From a virus (taxonomy: Duplodnaviria > Caudoviricetes), in IMG/VR virus record IMGVR_UViG_3300028832_000100: 64,000 nt of DNA. The stretch is one strand, 5' to 3'. Positions 57,735 through 64,000 of this stretch are shown here, one piece after another; position 1 is the first letter of the stretch; each line of letters starts with the position of its first letter. The notes under the pieces were generated by a model. That model ran no database searches, was not told the DNA's origin, and worked only from the letters and a program-made list of their open reading frames with translations. The position numbers and the translations under genes were made by a program.

Positions 57735-58605
57735 GTCGCACCGGGGTTCCCCAACACACCCTATATGAACGGGCATGTCACGTCGGTGCATTTGGAGGTA
57801 TCTGGCTCTCTCTCCTCCGGTACACAATTCGCCTCCCATTATTGCGGTCGTGCTCCATAAATTGTGGATGTTCATCTCACTCCATTTACTACAGCTCTTG
57901 TTTACGCCATTGCCCGCCTTGTTCTCATATCACGCATGCGGTATTCATGCAGCACTGATGAGTTTGGGATGGTAAGCTAATAACTTACTCGCTGGACTTC
58001 GTAGCACCACAATTTGTATTAACGAGGGCTTAGTAGGATCATCCCTCTACGCACTTCCCTACTACCGTTATCTACGACGCTTCGACAAATCTACGTCGGT
58101 CGGGGAACATCCCCAGCCGCTGGCGTTTACGATAATAACTCGGTCTGCGCTTTTTAGTTGACCGGAATAGGAGGTCACCGATCTATACGCCGTCATCCCT
58201 AAGCGCTTCGGACAGAATTATCTGCCGTCGTTGCACCATTCCTACACGTGGTACACGGGTGTGCCGTTGCTTTCCGTAGTTTTATTTGGAGTACGCCGTA
58301 CCTTGTCGCAACAGATTCGCAAGGTCAACCCCGTACTTTTGGCGATTGGCAGTTCGCCTCAACCTATCTGCCAATAGGATTTGTTTTGATCTAAAGTGAC
58401 CATTACCGGAATCGAACCGGGCTTCGCAGAGGCGTCGGCGCGACCGAGCGCATGCTTGTGCAACCCTGACACTATCTGGTCATATAATACATGGTATTTA
58501 TCTGTCGCGCCATGTACGCGACCCACTACCACCTCAAAACAAGTCATTACCTCGATTTTGGGGATGTTATATATCTGTCAAGGTGTGCTTAGTAGCACCA
58601 CATTG
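57735..58605 (-). ncRNA. Putative large structured ncRNA(s), ~0.87 kb, including a tRNA-like element
   Basis: GC-enriched, no credible ORF, many hairpins, starts just after the promoter at 58614-58642, runs into the tRNA array. Confidence 0.55.
58396..58482 (-). ncRNA. tRNA-like element with elongated anticodon arm
   Basis: Acceptor GACCA/UGGUC, D stem GUGU/GCAC, T arm CCGG-UUCGAUU-CCGG; no CCA. Confidence 0.55.
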
Positions 58606-58613
58606 CATTATAT

Positions 58614-58642
58614 ATTATAACATATCATGTACTATTTGTCAA
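58614..58642 (-). promoter_or_regulatory. sigmaA promoter
   Basis: GTAGTTGACA-17bp-TATAAT with TG extension. Confidence 0.82.
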
Positions 58643-58646
58643 CTAC

Positions 58647-60075
58647 TCGTGTAACTTTCAAATCAGAAAACTCTTCGAGTGGAAACCACACCGCATCTAC
58701 TTGCAAGAGCTTCTTTCGAAAATCATCTTGCTCCGCAAATACTCCTCAATCCACCACAGTGCTTCGGCAGTCTCCACCTTTGATTTTTAGAAGGGTACAC
58801 TTACTCCCGCAACTAAAATCGTTTCCTCGATGTTGGGTTGATTTTCGCTTACCTTTTCCCTTTGTCCACAAGAGGTACCATTCAGGTCGCTTATTTTATA
58901 AACCACTCGAAGAGTTGCACGAATACTCAAGATAGCCTTGGACTTCCGCACCAAACCTGTACCGAATCTTTCATACCGTGACTTTCACATTGTAAATCAT
59001 ATACCTTTTTAAGTCCGTCGGATGACTACATCTCATCACGTAGTATGCTGGGTTTTACCTTTAAGCAGTGACGTTTTACACAGACGTGACGGATCGAGAT
59101 TTCTCCCAATCTATATCGTTTCAAGATGCCTAAATTTATTATCCAAGTTTACTTTGTTTTCTACTTAGTTTTGGGAGAAACTTGGACTAAGCTCATCTCT
59201 ATGTCCTCTCGGATTGGTTACCGACGGTGATAAAGCAAGTGCTTATAAAAAGACTAAGCAGGCATAAATACCTGACCCGATGAAGAGGGAAAGAATACTG
59301 AAGATCCCCTATTTTGCTATTTCACAGTATTCTACCTCCAAGTTTACTTTCTTCCTTACCATATAGGTTAGGAAAGAGTTTGTGTAGGGAGAAACTTGGA
59401 TGAAACCTATCTTGATGTCCTCTTGGGTTGGCTACCAACGGTGATCAAGCCAATAGATTTCTGTAAAGACTCCGCAGTACTAAGTACTACCCTTAGCGTA
59501 TGATTGGATGGATTCTATACCCTCGCCTTAACCATCCTTATCTGACCACGACCACTATTGTCGTGAGGACGAAGTTTTAATTTTGGGTGCCCAACCACTG
59601 TCTTCGCTACTTCTTGTCTGTTCCTGCCTTGCTCGATCCCGTCCCTACGAGATCGGGTTTCTTCTGGCTTTTCGGCATCGTAGTCCCAAATTTTCTTAGG
59701 GTCATGACAGCGACCCGCAACCTACTGTGATTTTGAGAATATAAATTTGAGCCATGGGACTTTCACCCATAGGAGCGATGTCTTGACAGTGTTGCAATCA
59801 CTAATCAAGAAGTTCTTTCCAAACAATCTTATTAAATGTAACCGCATCGCTTTTTCACATCTTGTAATTTTAAGAGATTTTCTTTTTAGTCGGGATATTG
59901 TCGGATTCTCACCGCACCACCGCCCTTAAAACGGGCAGTATGCTGCTTACTTACACCATCACCCTAATCTCTGCCACACTATCAACAGCATTGTACGGAT
60001 GCTATTGTCGATAGTTTGTACATTGTGGCAAACTCAATGTGGATCTGTACTCACTACTCAAATATTCTTCACTGT
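58647..60075 (-). ncRNA. Putative giant structured ncRNA (~1.4 kb; GOLLD/ROOL-like context)
   Basis: ORF-free, own promoter, 14-bp long-range helix 58669-58682/58903-58916, duplicated covarying module, GGGUGAAAGUCCC and CGGUGAGAAUCCG hairpins. Confidence 0.65.
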
Positions 60076-60081
60076 ACTTAT

Positions 60082-60110
60082 ATTATAGCATACTTAAGTG
60101 AATTTGTCAA
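60082..60110 (-). promoter_or_regulatory. sigmaA promoter
   Basis: GTAGTTGACA-17bp-TATAAT with TG extension. Confidence 0.82.
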
Positions 60111-60119
60111 CTACAATTT

Positions 60120-60327
60120 TGAAGATTTGTCAAGGGCTTTCTGGAAAAAGTTGAATTGCTCTCCAACTCCTTCCAGAAAATTGTGCGGAACGAATTTGTC
60201 AATCGCACTTTCCGCTTGGCGATTGCCCTGATCGGTTTATACGAGTTTTCTCTCACCCCTGACTTTTGCAACCAGATACTTTGAATAGCCCTTCAGTGCC
60301 CTGTCGGGATTCGCTTCTCTTGATTAC
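60120..60327 (-). ncRNA. Putative ~200-nt structured small RNA
   Basis: Lies between two promoters, no ORF; AAGGGC/GCCCUU closing helix and UUCUGGAA/UUCCAGAA internal helix. Confidence 0.45.
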
Positions 60328-60333
60328 ACCACT

Positions 60334-60362
60334 ATTATAACACACTTTATAGCATTTGTCAA
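60334..60362 (-). promoter_or_regulatory. sigmaA promoter
   Basis: GTAGTTGACA-17bp-TATAAT with TG extension. Confidence 0.82.
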
Positions 60363-60372
60363 CTACAATTTT

Positions 60373-60585
60373 TCATTTTTTAGAAATTCTTATAATAATT
60401 TTTTTGAAATCGACGTTAAGTCTGCTATCGTAAAGATCAATCTCGGGACAATTATTAATGTAGTCCACTATTTCATTTTCCAGACAGTGGGGTACTAAGA
60501 TATCCATCCAGTACGTGTCCGGGTGAGTGTGGTGAATAAACTCATAAATACCCTCCTTTATGCTCTGTTTAGTTTCATAGTATAA
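60373..60585 (-). pseudogene. 3' part of a small gene interrupted near its start by the IS605 element
   Basis: Removing 60586-62371 gives an in-frame GTG-GAA-TAT-GAT|TTA-TAC-TAT-GAA (MEYDLYYETKQ...) after an AAGGA RBS. Confidence 0.55.
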
Positions 60586-60726
60586 CCTCAACAAAGATAT
60601 CTGGTGACTTTAGTCGTCAGAAAATGTAATGTTTAAGAAAAAAATTAAAATTACTTAATTTTCTAATTTTTATTCTGCTAAATTATAGTGTAGTTAATTT
60701 TTAGCAATAATAAAAGGAGAATTATT

Positions 60727-61143
60727 ATGTATGAATTAGACAGAGGGACAAATGGAGTTTACTCTTTGCACTATCACTTCATAACCTGCGTTAAGTACAG
60801 AAGGAAAGTTTTTGTTAGAGATGATATTGTAGAAGATCTCAAACAAATCACAGAGCAGGTAGCATCAGAATATGATGTTCAAATAGTAGAACAAGAGTGT
60901 GGAGAAGACCACATTCACATTCTATTTAGGTGTAAGCCAACTTTAATATTTAAGGATTTTATACAAGCAGTAAAGGGTAGAAGTGCAAGACTGTTAAGAT
61001 CAAAATATTCTGATTATCTACAGGGTATGTTGTGGGGGAAGCATTTTTGGTCGCCATCGTACTTTCTTGCAACAACAGGAAATGTAACAATAGATATTCT
61101 GAAACAATATATAGAAAATCAAAGGAATGAGATGGAAGTATGA
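60727..61143 (+). CDS. tnpA: Y1 HUH transposase TnpA
   Basis: LHYHFITCVKYRR, DHIHIL (HUH), FWSPSYF, QYIENQ. Confidence 0.93.
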   Translation: MYELDRGTNGVYSLHYHFITCVKYRRKVFVRDDIVEDLKQITEQVASEYDVQIVEQECGEDHIHILFRCKPTLIFKDFIQAVKGRSARLLRSKYSDYLQGMLWGKHFWSPSYFLATTGNVTIDILKQYIENQRNEMEV

Positions 61144-62243
61144 AGCTTAATAAAGCGTTTAAGTATAGATTGCTTCCATCTTATGAACAAAAGATTTTAA
61201 TCGAGAAGACTTTCGGATGTTGTAGATTTATCTATAATAAGATGCTTGCAGATAAGATTGAATACTACAATGAAAATGGAAGTATGTTGAAAAACACACC
61301 AGCTCAATATAAGCAAGAGTTTGAATGGCTTAAAGAAGTTGATAGCTTTGCTTTGTGTAATGAGCAAATGAACCTACAAGCATCTTACAAAAATTTCTTT
61401 AGAGATAAGAAGATGGGTTTTCCTAAATTTAAGAATAAGAAAAACGACAAACAATCATATACCACAAGTAATGTAAATGGAATTATTCGAATAGCTAATA
61501 AAAATCATTTGAATCTTCCTAAACTTGGGAGTATAAGATTTATAGAACATAGAAGAATTCCATCAAACCACAAAATAAAATCTGCAACTGTTTCACGGAA
61601 TGGGTCATATAAATACTATATTTCCATATTAACAGAATATGAGCATGAAATACCAACTATTTCTTTATATAAAGAAAAATCTATAGGGCTTGATTATAGT
61701 TCTCATGACTTTTATGTTGATAGTCAAAACAAAAGCCCAGAGAACTATAAACACTTATATAGACTATCAGAATCTAAATTGGCAAAAGAACAAAGAAAAC
61801 TTTACCGCATGAAATTTAATAGCAATAATTATAATAAACAAAAAATAAAAATTGCTAAAGTTCATGAAAGAATTGCTAATCAAAGAAAGAACTTTATAGA
61901 AACACTATCTACGCATTTGTCAAGAAATTATGATATTATTTGTTTAGAAGATATTGACATGAAAAATATTTCAAGATCATTAAGATTGGGAAAATCAACC
62001 ATGGATAATGGTTTTGGTATTTTCAGAACAAAACTTCAACAAAAATTAGAATTACTTGGCAAGACACTTGTTAAAATTGACAGGTGGTTTCCATCTTCTA
62101 AAATGTGCAGGTTTTGTGGAACTGTGAATTCTGATCTTAAGCTATCTGATAGAGAGTGGGATTGTTGTTGCGGAAAGCATCTCTTAAGAGATGAAAATGC
62201 TGCAATAAATATTTTGAATGAGGGATTGAAACTTTTAGCTTAA
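61140..62243 (+). CDS. tnpB: TnpB RNA-guided nuclease
   Basis: RuvC GLDYS, CLEDI, RDENAA; zinc finger CRFC...CCC. Confidence 0.92.
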   Translation: MKLNKAFKYRLLPSYEQKILIEKTFGCCRFIYNKMLADKIEYYNENGSMLKNTPAQYKQEFEWLKEVDSFALCNEQMNLQASYKNFFRDKKMGFPKFKNKKNDKQSYTTSNVNGIIRIANKNHLNLPKLGSIRFIEHRRIPSNHKIKSATVSRNGSYKYYISILTEYEHEIPTISLYKEKSIGLDYSSHDFYVDSQNKSPENYKHLYRLSESKLAKEQRKLYRMKFNSNNYNKQKIKIAKVHERIANQRKNFIETLSTHLSRNYDIICLEDIDMKNISRSLRLGKSTMDNGFGIFRTKLQQKLELLGKTLVKIDRWFPSSKMCRFCGTVNSDLKLSDREWDCCCGKHLLRDENAAINILNEGLKLLA

Positions 62244-62417
62244 CCTTTTAATAAAGGAACCACTGCAACGGTGGGGATAGCTCGTTGATACTTGCACCGT
62301 TAGGTGCATTGAGCGAGAAAAATTGCGACCATGTTGCAAGCCAATCTACCTTTAGGTAGTTGGTAGTTGACATCATATTCCACATCTTTTGTATCCTTTA
62401 CGAAATTTATTGAGTTA

Positions 62418-62456
62418 AAAAGAAGACACACTCTTATGCATAGGTGTGCCTTCTTT
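62418..62456 (-). terminator. Intrinsic terminator after the Gln-Trp-Pro tRNAs
   Basis: GAAGGCACAC...GTGTGTCTTC followed by TTTTT on the minus strand. Confidence 0.7.
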
Positions 62457-62462
62457 GTAAAA

Positions 62463-62537
62463 TGGTCGGAGTGGAGAGAGTTGAACTCCCGACTTCGTGA
62501 TCCCAAATCACGCGCCATACCGCTTGGCTACACCCCG
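62463..62537 (-). tRNA. tRNA-Pro(TGG)
   Basis: Cloverleaf, CCA. Confidence 0.9.
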
Positions 62538-62548
62538 ATTGTATGTGT

Positions 62549-62623
62549 TGGCAGGGGCGCAGGGACTTGAACCCCAATAAGTGGTTTTGGAGACCACCGT
62601 CCTACCATTGTAACGACACCCCT
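62549..62623 (-). tRNA. tRNA-Trp(CCA)
   Basis: Cloverleaf, CCA. Confidence 0.9.
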
Positions 62624-62629
62624 GTATTG

Positions 62630-62706
62630 TGGCTGGGGAGGTTGGAGTCGAACCAACGAAGTGATGCGGTCAAAGCGCATTGCCTTAACCTCTTGGCTAC
62701 TCCCCA
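62630..62706 (-). tRNA. tRNA-Gln(TTG)
   Basis: Cloverleaf, U1-A72, CCA. Confidence 0.9.
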
Positions 62707-62715
62707 ATCTTCAGG

Positions 62716-62958
62716 TCAATATAGAATCCACCAAAAATCAGCTATTCGTCTATACTTTCCATGATTACCTGCATGGTTGCTTCTCCGTACTTTTCTGTTG
62801 CAGTATGCTTTCACCCATTTTACAGGAGCACCAGAACTTCTATATGTACGGATGTATCTGCCTTTTGAGTTATCAAAATAAACACCACCGCGCCAATCAC
62901 TGGAATAATACAATTTTTTCAGTCTTTTATTTCTCTCTTGGCTTCTTCTATATGACAT
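62716..62958 (-). CDS. Small basic hypothetical protein
   Basis: GAGG RBS; R/K-rich; CNRKVRR...YRRI-DFWW. Confidence 0.6.
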   Translation of the reverse strand: MSYRRSQERNKRLKKLYYSSDWRGGVYFDNSKGRYIRTYRSSGAPVKWVKAYCNRKVRRSNHAGNHGKYRRIADFWWILY

Positions 62959-62968
62959 TGTTTTTACC

Positions 62969-63721
62969 TCAAAATAGATTTTCAGTGCTTCCTGTGTTTT
63001 CTATTCTTTTTGAAGCAATCTTGAAATATTCATCGTCCTTCTCTATTCCTATGAAATTTCTTCCGTTTTTAACAGCAGCAACACCCGTAGTGCCACTTCC
63101 CATGAAAGGATCCAATATAATATCATCTTTGTTAGTATGAATTTTTACAAAATGCTCCATTAGTGATAGTGGCTTTTCAGTTGGATGTTCTGTTTCTCCA
63201 TACACACTTGAATTTGGTGTTTCAAAAAAGTTGTGCATATCTTTTTGATATCCAAAATTGAACGTCCAAGATTTATCCCCTTTACTTCCTATATAAGCAA
63301 ATTCACAAGAAGATATATAATTTACCTTTCTGAAAGAAGGTACAGGGTTGGATTTGTGCCAAACAAATGTTGTTCTATTTCTAACATCAATTTGATTACC
63401 AAGTACAGTTAGAAAAGATATATCCTCTTTGTTAAAAAATGATATGATAGTTCCACCGTTCTTTAATTTATTACAACATTTGAAAAACCAATCTCTGGTA
63501 AAGTTTAGAAATTCTTCTCTTTCCATGTTGTCCCAATATCCAAAATCATAATTGACAGCCTTATCTCTACGCATTATCGGGCTGTTAAGCTTGCTTCTGT
63601 CACGAGCATTATTCTCAACAGAAATATTGTATGGGGGATCTGTAATAATACAATCAATGCTATTATCTTCTATTTTGTCAAGAAGCTCTAAACAATCACC
63701 GTGATATAATTCAATACTCAA
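62969..63721 (-). CDS. DNA N4-cytosine/N6-adenine methyltransferase (beta class)
   Basis: ITDPPY, HPTEKP, LDPFMGSGTTG. Confidence 0.92.
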   Translation of the reverse strand: MSIELYHGDCLELLDKIEDNSIDCIITDPPYNISVENNARDRSKLNSPIMRRDKAVNYDFGYWDNMEREEFLNFTRDWFFKCCNKLKNGGTIISFFNKEDISFLTVLGNQIDVRNRTTFVWHKSNPVPSFRKVNYISSCEFAYIGSKGDKSWTFNFGYQKDMHNFFETPNSSVYGETEHPTEKPLSLMEHFVKIHTNKDDIILDPFMGSGTTGVAAVKNGRNFIGIEKDDEYFKIASKRIENTGSTENLF

Positions 63722-64000
63722 AACAATTCCTCTTTATTTGAAAGCAGTTTATGCTCTTCACCTACAATATTAGGCTTCAAAACAGTTCCCAAAACATAAT
63801 TGCTGTTATCACCTTTTGGATATGGCAAAATTTCATATTTTAACGCTTTTATCATCTTCTTTTTTGATGAATTACTTTTAGCACAAAAATACACATACCT
63901 ATGTTTTGAGGATCTAACTTTTCTCACACCGGTTTGGTCGCATTCTTTGTAATGTCTACTGTGCTTATTCCCACTTGTATACTTATCTGTTCTCTCTTTC
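63718..64000 (-). CDS. 3' part of a probable Mom-like DNA modification protein (starts beyond the window)
   Basis: Frame open to the window edge: KERTDKYT-GNKHSRHY...RSSKHRYVYF...LPYPKGDN. Confidence 0.55.
   Translation of the reverse strand, partial: KERTDKYTSGNKHSRHYKECDQTGVRKVRSSKHRYVYFCAKSNSSKKKMIKALKYEILPYPKGDNSNYVLGTVLKPNIVGEEHKLLSNKEELF

Larger units (their letters stand above)
60586..62371 (+). mobile_element. IS200/IS605-family element with tnpA and tnpB
   Basis: Left-end hairpin TGGTGACTTTAGTCGTCA; right-end omegaRNA ending GGTAGTTGAC; ends defined by the two 151-bp copies; TATAA target motif. Confidence 0.9.

Noticed and set aside
57735-60327. tmRNA, RNase P RNA, rRNA fragment, or the short ORFs listed here
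   Set aside because: No tmRNA acceptor ends, no GAGGAAAGUCC RNase P motif, no rRNA similarity recognised; the ORFs lack RBSs and phage-like composition
53352-62371. TnpB elements as IStrons (intron-IS fusions)
   Set aside because: Their left ends are only ~130-140 bp and have no group I core motifs
62362-62371. IS right end GTAGTTGAC matches the phage -35 motif GTAGTTGACA
   Set aside because: No correctly spaced -10 follows any of the three right ends, so hybrid promoters are not supported; likely coincidence

Overview
This window is a segment of a large, AT-rich, T4-like (myovirus-type) tailed phage genome. The host is probably a Bacillota, judged from AGGAGG-type RBSs and extended -10 sigmaA promoters. 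Almost everything is on the minus strand. In window order it holds: neck genes; a major capsid gene that the ORF track misses because it is split by EIGHT group I introns (9 exons, 9190->4195, splicing to 527 aa; only intron 4 carries a GIY-YIG endonuclease); a prohead protease-scaffold fusion; portal; terminase; a tail-fibre/BspA-LRR region; and a ~12 kb block of acidic mosaic proteins whose domains are separated by T4 gp21-type (L/I/V/M)-x-E sites (candidate head-packaged polyprotein cargo). After an origin-like non-coding gap come early accessory genes: radical SAM/SPASM plus a Cys-rich partner, an NDT, ASCH, a denV-like glycosylase, HNH, a nucleotidyltransferase, and HPr-like and MazF-like proteins. 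The window ends with 15 tRNAs, three tandem promoter-driven structured ncRNAs (about 0.2, 1.4 and 0.9 kb), two IS200/IS605-family TnpB elements, and DNA modification genes. Two 151-bp non-autonomous omegaRNA-only copies of one of these elements lie earlier, at 17.3 and 18.9 kb. Family names come from recognised motifs, not database searches.
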